Source of the DNA: an uncultured beta proteobacterium | GTDB lineage: Bacteria; Pseudomonadota; Gammaproteobacteria; Burkholderiales; Casimicrobiaceae | Assembly (NCBI GenBank): GCA_963709525.1 | Contig: CAVPXB010000021.1 | Coordinates: forward strand, 54,442-118,441 | DNA: 64,000 nt | Direction: 5' to 3' | Shown: in pieces, positions 22,468 to 32,839 of the stretch | How positions within the stretch are numbered: position 1 is the first letter of the stretch | Layout: the number at the start of each line of letters is the position of its first letter | Program-made: the position numbers and the translations under genes | The notes under the pieces: model-generated | The model's database searches: none | Seen by the model: the letters and a program-made list of their open reading frames with translations, nothing else | Told to the model about the DNA's origin: nothing

Positions 22468-23665
22468 TCAGCTACGCGGCTTCACTCGGCCGGCGCATTC
22501 CCTGGCGCGCGCACGCGCCGTGTCGATATCGGGTCCGGTGGCGAGGGCCACGCCCATCCGGCGCTTCTCGTAGGCCTCCGGCTTGCCGAACAGGCGCAGG
22601 TCGGATTCCGGTACCTCGAGTGCGCGGTCAACGTCATCAAAGCGCACGGCGCGGGCTTCGATGCCGCCATAGATCACCGCCGAGCGCACCGGCGCAGCGC
22701 TGGCGCACGTCGACCGGCAAGCCGAGGATGGCGCGTGCGTGCAGGTCGAACTCGTTCTGCGCCTGCGTGCACATCGTCACCATGCCGGTGTCGTGGGGGC
22801 GCGGGCTTACTTCGGAGAACCAGACGTGATCGCCCTTGATGAACAGCTCGACGCCGAAAATGCCGCGGCCGCCCAGGCGTCGGTGACCTTGGTCGCAATG
22901 TCGCGCGCATTCTTCCGCGCCTTGGGCGACATCGGTTGCGGCTGCCAGGATTCGACGTAGTCGCCGCTGACCTGCAGGTGGCCGATGGGCTCGCAGAAGG
23001 AGGTCCCCACCGCCCTTGCCGTCGCTGGCGCGCACGGTGAGCAACGTGATCTCGTAGTCGAAGTCGATGAATCCCTCGACGATGACGCGGCTGCCGGTGA
23101 CGCGGCCGCGCTCTCGGCGTAGTCCCAGGCGCTAGCGATGTCCGCTTCGGTCTGCAACAGCGACTGGCCCTTGCCGGAGGAGGACATCACCGGCTTGACG
23201 AGGCAGGGATAGCCGATGCCCTGCGTCGCCGATGGCAGCCTGCAGCTCTTCGAGGCTGTCGGCGAAGCGATACGGCGAAGTCGGGAGGCCCAGCTCCTCG
23301 GCGGCGAGCCGCCGGATGCCCTCGCGGTTCATCGTGAGCTGCACGGCACGAGCGCTGGGCACGATCTGGGCGAGGCCTTCGCGCTCGACGGCGGCCAGCA
23401 CGTCGGTGGCGATGGCCTCGATCTCGGGCACGATGATCTGCGGCTTCTCCTGTTCGATCAGGCGCTTCAAGGCCGCCGCATCGGTCATCGCGATCACGTG
23501 GGCGCGATGGGCAACCTGATGGCCCGGCGCATTGGCATAGCGATCGACGGCAATGACCTCGACCCCCAGGCGCTGCAGGGCGATGATGATTTCCTTGCCG
23601 AGTTCGCCGCTGCCGAGCAGCATCACCCGGGTCGCGGAGGGAGAGTGGGGGGTACCGATGTACAT
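22468..23665 (-). pseudogene. purT: phosphoribosylglycinamide formyltransferase 2 (PurT), disrupted by five single-base frameshifts
   Basis: PurT-like segments alternate between two frames: '[45 protein letters not shown]', then '[19 protein letters not shown]', then '[19 protein letters not shown]', then '[24 protein letters not shown]', then '[30 protein letters not shown]', then '[20 protein letters not shown]'. ATG at 23665. Confidence 0.85.
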
Positions 23666-23914
23666 AGGCAAAGGGTCGATCGCGGTCGGCGCGACTGCCC
23701 GTCAGTCAAGTGATGAAGCGGCCATTCTAGCAGCCATCGGCGACAAATGCTGCGGTGCACAGAATTGCCAGGGGGGCCATCTAACATCATGTTTTGTTGA
23801 GAGGTTCGTGTCTCGTTCCGCCTGGTCCGAAGCCGGAGGTACCACCGGGACACGCGCAAATTCGACGCCCGCGTTGCAGCGGCGCCGCCATTACGGAGGT
23901 CCCGGCCTCCCGGG

Positions 23915-26099
23915 TCAGCGTTTCGATCGGCCCGCCTTCGGCCGCCCGCCGCCGGCCAGCGGCTCCGTGAACCGGGGGCGGTCAGTTGTTTCGCCGGGGG
24001 CAGCTTCCTCGGCCAGGCTGAAGTCGATCTTCGCAGTTTCGAGATCGACGCGCGCAACCTTGACCCGAACCCGCCCCGCGAGTTGATAGACGCGCCCCCC
24101 GCGCTCCCCGATCAGCGCGCGACGCGCGGCATCGAAGTGGAAGTAGTCGCGACCCAATTCGGTCACGTGGACGAGGCCGTCGATATTGAGTTCGTCGAGG
24201 GTCACGAACATGCCGAAGCTCGTCACGCCGCTGATGGTGCCGTCGAAGGTCTCGCCCACCTTGTCCTGCATGAAATAGCACTTGAGCCAGTTGGTGACGT
24301 CGCGCGTCGCGTCGTCGGCCCGGCGCTCGGTCAGCGAGCAGTGCACGCCGAGGTCGGCCCAGCCCATGCCTGCGGGCAGGTAGACGCTGCCCGCCAGCAC
24401 CGCCTTGATCGCGCGGTGGACGAGGAGATCGGGGTAGCGGCGGATCGGCGAGGTGAAGTGCGCATAGGCCTCGTAGGACAGTCCGAAATGGCCGACGTTG
24501 TCCGGGCGGTACTGCGCCTGCTGCAGCGAGCGCAGCAGCACCGTTTGCAACAGCGCGAAGTCGGGACGTTCCTTGATCGACAGCAGAAGCTTTGCGTAGT
24601 CGGTGGCGGTGGGATCGTCGCCGCCCGGAAGCGACAGCGCGCAACTGGCGAGGAAATCCTTCAGGCTGGCGAGCTTCTCCGGCGTCGGACCTTCGTGCAC
24701 GCGGTAGAGCGCGGGATGCTTGTGCGCGGCGAGGAACTCCGCCGTACAGACGTTCGCCGCCAGCATGCATTCCTCGATCAGCCGGTGGGCGTCGTTGCGG
24801 ACGACGGGCACGACGCGGACGATCTTGCCCTGCACGTCGAACTCGAGCTGCATTTCGACGGTGTCGAAATCGATGGCGCCGCGCGCTTCGCGCGCCGTCT
24901 TCAGCACCTTGTACAGCGCGTACAGGTGCGGCGAGCTGCGGCACGAGCGCCTTCGCTTCGGGAGGGGCGGATTTCGGTTCGGACAGCCAGTTCCACACCT
25001 GCGTGTAGGTGAGCCGCGCCCGCGAGTGCATGACGGCGGGATAGAACTTGTATTGCGCGATCGCGCCGGTGGCGGCCACCGTCATCTCGCAAACCATGCA
25101 CAGCCGGTCGACGTCCGGTTTGAGCGAACACAGCTCGTTCGACAGCGCCTCCGGGAGCATCGGGATCACCCGCCGCGGGAAGTAGACCGACGTGCCGCGT
25201 TCGCGCGCATCGCGGTCGATCGGATCGCCATCTCGCACGTAGCGCGAGACGTCGGCGATGGCGACGAGCAGCCGGTAGCCGCGGCCCTTCTTCTCGCAAT
25301 AGACCGCGTCGTCGAAGTCCTTCGCCGTTTCGCCGTCGATGGTGACGAGCGGCAGGTCCCGGATGTCGACGCGTCCCGCGCAGTCGTCGTCGTTGACGGT
25401 CGTGGGAAGCTTGCCGGCCTGCTTGCGCGCGGCTGCGGAAAATTCGTGCGGCAACTCGTGCTTGCGCAGCGCGATCTCGATTTCCATGCCCGGGTCGGTG
25501 TAGGTGCCCAGCACCTCGATCACGCGCGCGATGGCTTCCCGCTGCGACGACGGTTGCTCGACGATTTCGACCACGACGACATCGCCGGACTTGGCCTTGC
25601 CGCGCTCCTTCGGCGGCACCAGCAGATCCTGGTTGATGCGCCGGTTTTCGGCGACGACGAACGCGATGCCGTGCTCGTCGTAGAGGCGGCCGACGATGGT
25701 GCGGTTGGCGCGCTCGAGGACGTCGATGACCTCTCCCTCGGGTCGGCCGCGACGGTCGATGCCGGTCTTGCGCACGGTGACGCGATCGCCGTGCAGCGCC
25801 TTGTGCATCTCGCGCGCATTGAGGAAGACGTCGGCGCTGCCGTCCTCGGGCACCAGGAAGCCGTAGCCGTCCGGATGACCCTGCACGACGCCGGTGATGA
25901 AATCGAGCTTGGCGACGACGCAAAGCTCGCCCTTGCGGTTCATCAGCAGCTGGCCGTCGCGCTGCATCGCCGCAAGCCGGCCGGAAAAGGCTTCGCGCGC
26001 GCGGCGATCGACCGCCATCGCCCGCACCAGTTCGTCGGGGGGCAAGGGCACGCCGGCGTCGGTCAAGGCTTCGAGGATGGCCACGCGTGACGGCAGCAA
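23915..26099 (-). CDS. rnr: ribonuclease R, one frameshift as assembled
   Basis: N-terminal 340 aa (cold-shock-like and RNB start, 'VTIDGETAKDFDDAVYC', 'RGTSVYFPRRVIPMLPE') lie in the frame of 26099 (TTG start). The remainder ('PHLYALYKVLKTAREARGAIDFD...HFGLSYEAYAHFTSPIRRYPDLLVHR...S1 domain...basic tail') lies in the frame of ORF 23915..24907. The junction is near 24925-24940. Confidence 0.85.
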
Positions 26100-26243
26100 C
26101 GCGGGGTCGAGGTCGTCGCGGCGCCGGCGCGGGGCCGGCGCGTCAGCGTCGATTGCGGGCGAGGCGGCCTGCGCGATCGTGCGCCGGGGCAGCGGCCTTG
26201 ACTGCGGAGCTGCGTCGCGCGGATTTCTTGACAGGGGTTTGTT

Positions 26244-26272
26244 TTGACAAGTTTGTTGGGTAAAAGTAAAAT
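26244..26272 (+). promoter_or_regulatory. sigma70-type promoter for tRNA-Leu
   Basis: TTGACA (26244-26249), 17-bp spacer, TAAAAT (26267-26272), about 22 nt before the tRNA 5' end. A second TTGACA is at 26228. The region is locally AT-rich. Confidence 0.55.
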
Positions 26273-26294
26273 TATCGATTGTGCAGTTGCAGTT

Positions 26295-26381
26295 GCCCAG
26301 GTGGCGGAATTGGTAGACGCACCAGGTTCAGGTCCTGGCGGTGGCAACACTGTGGGGGTTCGAGTCCCTTCCTGGGCACCA
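26295..26381 (+). tRNA. tRNA-Leu (anticodon CAG), CCA encoded
   Basis: GCCCAGGTGGCGGAATTGGTAGACGCACCAGGTTCAGGTCCTGG...GGTTCGAGTCCCTTCCTGGGCACCA. Has a 7-bp acceptor stem, anticodon loop TTCAGGT and a long variable arm. Confidence 0.92.
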
Positions 26382-26397
26382 TCGAATTGCACACGTT

Positions 26398-26422
26398 CAA
26401 CAGGCGCTTCGGGCGCCTGTTG
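26398..26422 (+). terminator. hairpin terminator after tRNA-Leu
   Basis: CAACAGGCGC-ttcgg-GCGCCTGTTG, a perfect 10-bp stem. The T-tract that follows (GCGCTCTTGG) is only weak. Confidence 0.5.
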
Positions 26423-26562
26423 CGCTCTTGGGATCCGAAACCGCCGCCCACGCCCGCGCTTACTATACGCCGCCGGACCGTGCCGTTGCGAGGCCGGGAC
26501 GGTGGGAGGGCCTTCAGGCCCGAATGCATGGGTGCGACAGCGATTCGCGGCTGAAGCCGCTC

Positions 26563-27744
26563 CTACAACCGCCCATGCACTGCGAGCCTGCGCAGCCTTC
26601 GCGCGGCGTCCTGCAGGGTTTCGTCGCGCTTGGCGAAGCAGAAGCGGATCACGCGCTGGTCGGTGCCGTCCTGATAGAACGCGGACAGCGGAATCGTTGC
26701 CACGCCGACTTCGCTGACCAGGCGCCGGGCAAACGCGTCTGCCGGCTCGTCGCTGACGCGGTGGTATCGGGCCAACAGAAAATAGCTGCCTGCGCAGGGC
26801 AGGGCCTCGAGCGGCGTATCGGCGAGCGCATCGCGCAACAGGTCGCGCTTGCGGGCGAAGAACGCAGGCAGTTCCTCGTAGCGCGCGGGCTCGCGCAGGA
26901 ATGCGGCCAGCGCGTGCTGCATCGGCGCGTTGACGGTGAATACCGTGAACTGGTGGACGCGCCGGATCTCGGCGCTGATCGCCTGGGGCGCCAGCGCGTA
27001 GCCGACCTTCCAGCCGGTGGCGTGAAAGGTCTTGCCGAAGGAGCCGATGACGATGCTGCGCGCGGCGAGTTCGTCGTGGCGCGCGAGACTCTGGTGCTGC
27101 GCGCCGTCGTAGACCATGTGCTCATACGCCTCGTCGCTGATGATCACGATGTCGGTGCCGCGCGTGAGCGCCGCCAGCGCATCGAGATCCGCGGGCGCCA
27201 GGACGCTGGTGCCCGGATTGTTGGGCGTGTTGACGACGATGAGGCGCGTGCGCGGCGTGATGGCCTGGCGCAGCGCCACCCAGTCGATGCGGAAATCGGG
27301 AAAGCCGAGCGGCAGCGTCACGGGCGTGGCTCCCGCCAGGCGCACCGCGGGCACGTAGCTGTCGTAGGCGGGCTCGAACACGATGACCTCGTCGCCGGCG
27401 TGCGCAAGGGCGCCGATCGAGGTGAAGATCGCCTGCGTCGCGCCGGTGGTGACGGTGACCTCGTGCTGCGGGTCGTAGCTGCGCCCGTACAGGCGCAGCA
27501 CCTTGGCGGCGATCGCTTCGCGCAGCGCGAGCACGCCCGGCATCAGCGGATACTGGTTGTGCCCGGCTTTCATCGCCGCCGTGACGAGGTCGATCAGCGC
27601 GGGGTCGATCGGGTAGTCGGGAAATCCCTGACCCAGGTTGACCGCGCCGTGCTGCTGCGCGAGCGCGGACATCAGGGTGAAGATCGTCGTGCCGGTGGCG
27701 GGAAGCTTGGAGCGAATCGAGGGGTTCGTGACTGGGCTGGTCAT
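26563..27744 (-). CDS. class I PLP-dependent aminotransferase (YbdL/methionine aminotransferase-like)
   Basis: Internal ATG 27744. 'INLGQGFPD'-type N-terminus ('AVNLGQGFPDYPIDP'), 'VVNTPNNPGT', and PLP-lysine context 'GSFGKTFHATGWKVGY'. Confidence 0.82.
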   Translation of the reverse strand: MTSPVTNPSIRSKLPATGTTIFTLMSALAQQHGAVNLGQGFPDYPIDPALIDLVTAAMKAGHNQYPLMPGVLALREAIAAKVLRLYGRSYDPQHEVTVTTGATQAIFTSIGALAHAGDEVIVFEPAYDSYVPAVRLAGATPVTLPLGFPDFRIDWVALRQAITPRTRLIVVNTPNNPGTSVLAPADLDALAALTRGTDIVIISDEAYEHMVYDGAQHQSLARHDELAARSIVIGSFGKTFHATGWKVGYALAPQAISAEIRRVHQFTVFTVNAPMQHALAAFLREPARYEELPAFFARKRDLLRDALADTPLEALPCAGSYFLLARYHRVSDEPADAFARRLVSEVGVATIPLSAFYQDGTDQRVIRFCFAKRDETLQDAARRLRRLAVHGRL

Positions 27745-28055
27745 GGCGAATGATGGTGGCGTCGGCGCACGGTCGCGGCTCGAACGGGCAAGTGTCGGGA
27801 CCGCATGGGATCCCGAATCGGGAATTGTCGCAGAGTGCTGCGGCAAAAGCGCATGACTCGCGTTTTTCAACGTTGTCGTTACGCAACGCTGCCCCTCGCA
27901 GGGCGATGAGCGATGCGCCCCTGTAGCGCGAAGCGTTGATGATCGGGGGTATGCTTGGCAACGGACGCAACAGTCCAGATCCGGTCTGGCGGAACCGCAG
28001 GGACAACGCTCTGCCACCGGCCGTTACAACCCAGGACAGGAACCCGGAGTCGCGT

Positions 28056-28628
28056 ATGAGCAACGATCTGTTGGCGAAAGTTGGTTCGATGGTCGAGTCG
28101 GTGAAGGACAAGGCGGAGGAAGTCGGCAAATCCATTGCCTCCGAGGCGAAGGATGTTGCGGCCGGCGCAAAGCGTGAAGTTGCGAAGGCCAGGCGCGTGG
28201 TCGTGCGGAAGGCCAAGAGCGTCGAGGCCTCGGCCGTCAAGACCATGAAGAGTGCGGAGTCCAGTGCCAGGAAAGCGGTCGGCTCGGCGAAAAAGGCCGT
28301 TGGCTCGGCAAAGAAAGCGGTCGTCACCAAGGCCAAATCGATGAAGGCGGATGCGAAGAAGGTCGCCGCCAAGGCGCAGAAGGCCGTCGGCATGGCGAAG
28401 CCCAAGGCGACGAAAGCCAAGGGCGCTGCAAGGAAGGTCGCCGGCAAGACGAAGGCCGCGAAGAAGACAGCCGTCAGGAAAGTGGCGGCAACGAAGAAAA
28501 CCGCGGTGAAGAAAACCGCGGTGAAGAAAACCGCCGTGGCGAAGAAGACCGTCGCAAAGAAGGTTGTCGCGGCGAAGAAGACGGTGCGCAAGGCTGCGAC
28601 GAAGGTCGCGAAAAAGGCCGCGAAGTAA
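28056..28628 (+). CDS. Lys/Ala-rich histone H1-like (nucleoid-associated-like) protein
   Basis: Internal ATG 28056. 190 aa dominated by A/K/V/T with reiterated 'AKKAVGS' and 'KKTAV' units. Resembles bacterial H1-like/AlgP-like tails. Confidence 0.7.
   Translation: MSNDLLAKVGSMVESVKDKAEEVGKSIASEAKDVAAGAKREVAKARRVVVRKAKSVEASAVKTMKSAESSARKAVGSAKKAVGSAKKAVVTKAKSMKADAKKVAAKAQKAVGMAKPKATKAKGAARKVAGKTKAAKKTAVRKVAATKKTAVKKTAVKKTAVAKKTVAKKVVAAKKTVRKAATKVAKKAAK
28494..28538 (+). repeat. 3 x 15-bp in-frame tandem repeat (KKTAV)
   Basis: aagaaaaccgcggtg / aagaaaaccgcggtg / aagaaaaccgccgtg, within the H1-like CDS. Confidence 0.75.
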
Positions 28629-28657
28629 GTCGCCTGGGCATCGCGCCTGCATCAAAG

Positions 28658-28687
28658 CAAACGGCCCGGCGATCGCCGGGCCGTTTG
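28658..28687. terminator. perfect 30-bp palindrome, likely bidirectional terminator
   Basis: CAAACGGCCCGGCGA|TCGCCGGGCCGTTTG lies between the convergent H1-like gene (ends 28628) and the PRT gene (ends 28706). It is flanked by A-rich sequence on the left and TTTG on the right. Confidence 0.6.
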
Positions 28688-28705
28688 CGTCTTGCACGGA
28701 GATCC

Positions 28706-29215
28706 TCAGCCGCCGAGCCGCGCCGCGAGCCTCTCGGGCCGCAGCTCGTCGTAGACCTCGAACGGCTGGTGGATCCAGGGATTGTCGGGAAGGTGATCGA
28801 CAAAGTAGTCGGGCTTGAATATCGAGCACGCCTTCCACCACAGCACGGCGGTCTTGCAGGCGGTGATATGCGGCCAGCGCTCGGGCAGGGTCCGATGCAC
28901 AACCGCCAGCGTGTGACCGGAATCCACCATGTCGTCGACGAGCAGGATGCGGTCGCCCAGACGGGGGGCGGTCATCGTCATGTGCTCGGCGATCACGAGC
29001 TCGCCGCGGATGGTGCCGCCCTCGGCCGCGTACGAGTGTGTCGACAGGATCGCCAGCGGCTTCTCGTAGATGCGCGAGAGCACGTCGCCGACCCGCAGGC
29101 CCCCGCGGGCAACGCAGATGATCTGGTTGAAATCGAACCCGGATTGGTAGACGTTCAACGCGAGGCGCTCGACCAGCGTGTTGTACTGATCCCAGCTTAT
29201 GTGCAGGCCTGGCAT
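28706..29215 (-). CDS. phosphoribosyltransferase family protein (purine PRT-like)
   Basis: PRPP-binding loop 'ILLVDDMVDSGHTL'. 169 aa. Located immediately downstream of purA. Confidence 0.8.
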   Translation of the reverse strand: MPGLHISWDQYNTLVERLALNVYQSGFDFNQIICVARGGLRVGDVLSRIYEKPLAILSTHSYAAEGGTIRGELVIAEHMTMTAPRLGDRILLVDDMVDSGHTLAVVHRTLPERWPHITACKTAVLWWKACSIFKPDYFVDHLPDNPWIHQPFEVYDELRPERLAARLGG

Positions 29216-29255
29216 TTTCTCTCCCCGGTGTGGTGCGGGCGGTTGGGTTGGTGTC

Positions 29256-29415
29256 AGAGGCTGAGAGTTTTTCGGGCGTGTCCGAGCGGCGCGCCAGAAG
29301 GCGTCCGATCGAGGCGCAAAGCGCAGCCATAGCTCGGGCTATGGCGAGCATTTGCAACGAAGAGCGGGCGTCTTCCGGCGTGATGAGCGGGCATGATCGA
29401 AAGACTCTCAGCCTC

Positions 29416-29416
<1 letters not shown>
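29256..29416 (-). repeat. intergenic element closed by a 19-nt inverted repeat (purA-PRT spacer)
   Basis: Left arm 29256-29274 'agaggctgagagtttttcg'; right arm 29398-29416 'cgaaagactctcagcctct'. They are complementary at 18 of 19 positions. Internal 8-bp hairpin gccatagc/gctatggc at 29326-29345. Confidence 0.6.
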
Positions 29417-30750
<1,334 letters not shown>

Positions 30751-31728
30751 TCAGCTGCCGCGCATGACAACGCCGGCCAGCTGGCGCAGGTCGAGCGTGA
30801 AGCCGGTGGCCGGCCGGGCGCGGCCGAAGGACTTGCCGATGCCGTCGTAGCGGCCGCCATTGCCGATGGCATTCGCTTCGCCGCTCGTAAATACCGAGAA
30901 GGTCACGCCGTTCTGGTAATGATAGCCGGTGAGGTCGGCAAGATCGATATGCAGCGCATCGACCCGCGGGCCGCTGGTGGCGACGAGTGCGCCGAGCGCG
31001 GCCAGCGCGTTGCGGATCGGCGGGGTGTCGGGCAGGCGCTCGCGCGCTTCGGCGAGCACGTCGTTGGCGGGGCCGTAGAGCGCCGGCAGCGCGGTCAGCG
31101 CATCGCGCCATGCCGCCGGCAGCCGGGCGGTGATTTGCCTGACGGTGGGCACATCCTTGGCGGATAGCGCGGCGAAGAGTTCGCCGTCCTCGCCGTTGGA
31201 CGCGATGCCGGATCCCGCGGCCAGCGCGCGATAGATTCCGACATGCCCGAGGTCGAGGTGCAGGCCGCGCACGCTGGCGGCGGCCAGCGACGACAACAGC
31301 ACGCTCAGGACCTCGGCGTCGCCCGCGATGCCCGGCTCGCCGTACAGTTCAGCCCCGATCTGCAGCACTTCGCGGGTTTTTCCGAGGCCGGTGGGCACGG
31401 TACGCAGCACGCTGCCCGTGTAGCAAAGCCGCGTCACGCCCGGCTCGTTGAGGAGATGGGCGTCGATGCGCGCAACCTGCGGGGTGATGTCGGCGCGCAG
31501 GCCGAGAAGGCGTCCGGACAGCGGATCGACCACCTTGAAGGTCTGCAATTCGAGGTCGCTGCCTGTTCCGGTGAGCAGCGACTCGAGGTGCTCGACCAGC
31601 GGCGGCTGGACCAGGCGATAGCCCTGCTCGCGAAAATGATCGAGCAACAGGCGGCGCAGCGATTCTACCCGCTCGGCTTCGGCGGGAAGGATGTCCTCGA
31701 TGTGCTCCGGCAGGATCCACTTACGCAT
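30751..31728 (-). CDS. hisZ: ATP phosphoribosyltransferase regulatory subunit HisZ (short form, 325 aa)
   Basis: HisRS-like core without anticodon-binding domain: 'WILPEHIEDILPAEA', 'LRADITPQVARI', 'GGRYDGIGKSFGRARPATGFTLDL'. Conserved position between DUF2065 and purA. Confidence 0.8.
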   Translation of the reverse strand: MRKWILPEHIEDILPAEAERVESLRRLLLDHFREQGYRLVQPPLVEHLESLLTGTGSDLELQTFKVVDPLSGRLLGLRADITPQVARIDAHLLNEPGVTRLCYTGSVLRTVPTGLGKTREVLQIGAELYGEPGIAGDAEVLSVLLSSLAAASVRGLHLDLGHVGIYRALAAGSGIASNGEDGELFAALSAKDVPTVRQITARLPAAWRDALTALPALYGPANDVLAEARERLPDTPPIRNALAALGALVATSGPRVDALHIDLADLTGYHYQNGVTFSVFTSGEANAIGNGGRYDGIGKSFGRARPATGFTLDLRQLAGVVMRGS

Positions 31729-31912
31729 GTGTCACCAGTCCATAACCCAACAGGCCCAGCACGATCGCTGCGAGTCCCACGAAACGCAGCTGGCCGTCGC
31801 TGAGGTCGAGGAGCTTGCGGAAGCTCTCGCGCCAGACGCGAGGCGCCAGGAGCGGCAACAGGCCTTCGAGCACCAGCACCAGCGCGAGCGCGGCAAGCAG
31901 TGATTCCTGCAC
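31721..31912 (-). CDS. DUF2065-like small membrane protein
   Basis: 63 aa with GTG start. 'LALVLVLEGLLPLLAPRVWR...LRFVGLAAIVLGLL'. Conserved slot between hflC and hisZ; 8-nt overlap with the hisZ start. Confidence 0.7.
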   Translation of the reverse strand: MQESLLAALALVLVLEGLLPLLAPRVWRESFRKLLDLSDGQLRFVGLAAIVLGLLGYGLVTHA

Positions 31913-31951
31913 TGCGTCCCCCTGATGCCGGCGGCTTCGAAAGGGCCTGTT

Positions 31952-32839
31952 CTACTTCCCGGTCTTGACCGCCTGGCCGCCCTGGTTGCGGAAGAAGCGG
32001 AAGAACTCCGACGACGGATCCAGCACCATCACGTCGTTCTTGTTCTTGAAGGTCGATTTATAGGCTTCGAGGCTGCGATAGAAGGCGTAGAAATCGGGGT
32101 TGGCACCGTAGGCCTGGGCGTAGATCGCGGAGGCTTTGGCGTCGCCGTCACCCTTGACCTTCTGCGCCTGCTTGTACGCATCGGCCAGAATCACAACCCG
32201 CTGGCGGTCGGCGTCGGCGCGGATCTTTTCGCTTTCGGCCTGCCCCAGCGAACGCAGCTCGTTGGCGACGCGGCGACGCTCCGATTCCATGCGCGCGAAC
32301 ACCGGCCCGGTGACGTCGGGTGGCAGTTCGACACGGCGCAGTCGCACGTCGACGATTTCGACGCCGATGGTCTTCGCATCCTGATCGGCCTTCTGCCGCG
32401 TCGTGGTCATGATCTTGTCGCGTTCGGCGGAGATGGCGTCGTGCATCGTGCGCTTGTTGAACTCCTCGGCGAGGTTCGAACGCACCGTCTGCGACAACCG
32501 GCGCCGCGCCGCCTCCTCGTCGCCCTGGACGCTGATGTAGTACTGCTTGACGTCGGTGATCCGCCACTGGACGACGAAGTCGACCAGCAGCGGCTTCTTC
32601 TCGGACGTCGTGATGCGGTCGGGCTCGGCGTTGTCGAGCGTCAGGATGCGCTTGTCGTAGAACTTGACGTTCTGCAGCAGCGGCACCTTGAAGTAGAGGC
32701 CGGCGGTGGGCTGGGTTTCGATGATTTCGCCCAGCTGGAAGAGGATCGCGTATTGCTTCTGGTCGACCGTGTAGAGCGCCTGCGACAGCACCAGCAGCGC
32801 GGCGACGACAGCGGCCAGGATGGGCATCGTGAATTTCAT
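31952..32839 (-). CDS. hflC: FtsH protease modulator HflC
   Basis: SPFH/band-7 domain and N-terminal TM. ATGA overlap with the hflK stop. Confidence 0.9.
   Translation of the reverse strand: MKFTMPILAAVVAALLVLSQALYTVDQKQYAILFQLGEIIETQPTAGLYFKVPLLQNVKFYDKRILTLDNAEPDRITTSEKKPLLVDFVVQWRITDVKQYYISVQGDEEAARRRLSQTVRSNLAEEFNKRTMHDAISAERDKIMTTTRQKADQDAKTIGVEIVDVRLRRVELPPDVTGPVFARMESERRRVANELRSLGQAESEKIRADADRQRVVILADAYKQAQKVKGDGDAKASAIYAQAYGANPDFYAFYRSLEAYKSTFKNKNDVMVLDPSSEFFRFFRNQGGQAVKTGK

Noticed and set aside
22468-23665. Programmed ribosomal frameshifting or intein/intron as an explanation for the purT frame changes.
   Set aside because: Five alternating shifts with no slippery-heptamer/pseudoknot pattern and no inserted sequence. 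Each junction is explained by a single-base gain or loss relative to E. coli PurT.
28240-28560. Short tandem repeats that might be mistaken for a CRISPR-like or minisatellite array.
   Set aside because: Periods of 15-21 bp, no spacers, all in frame inside a Lys/Ala-rich CDS. They are coding repeats only.
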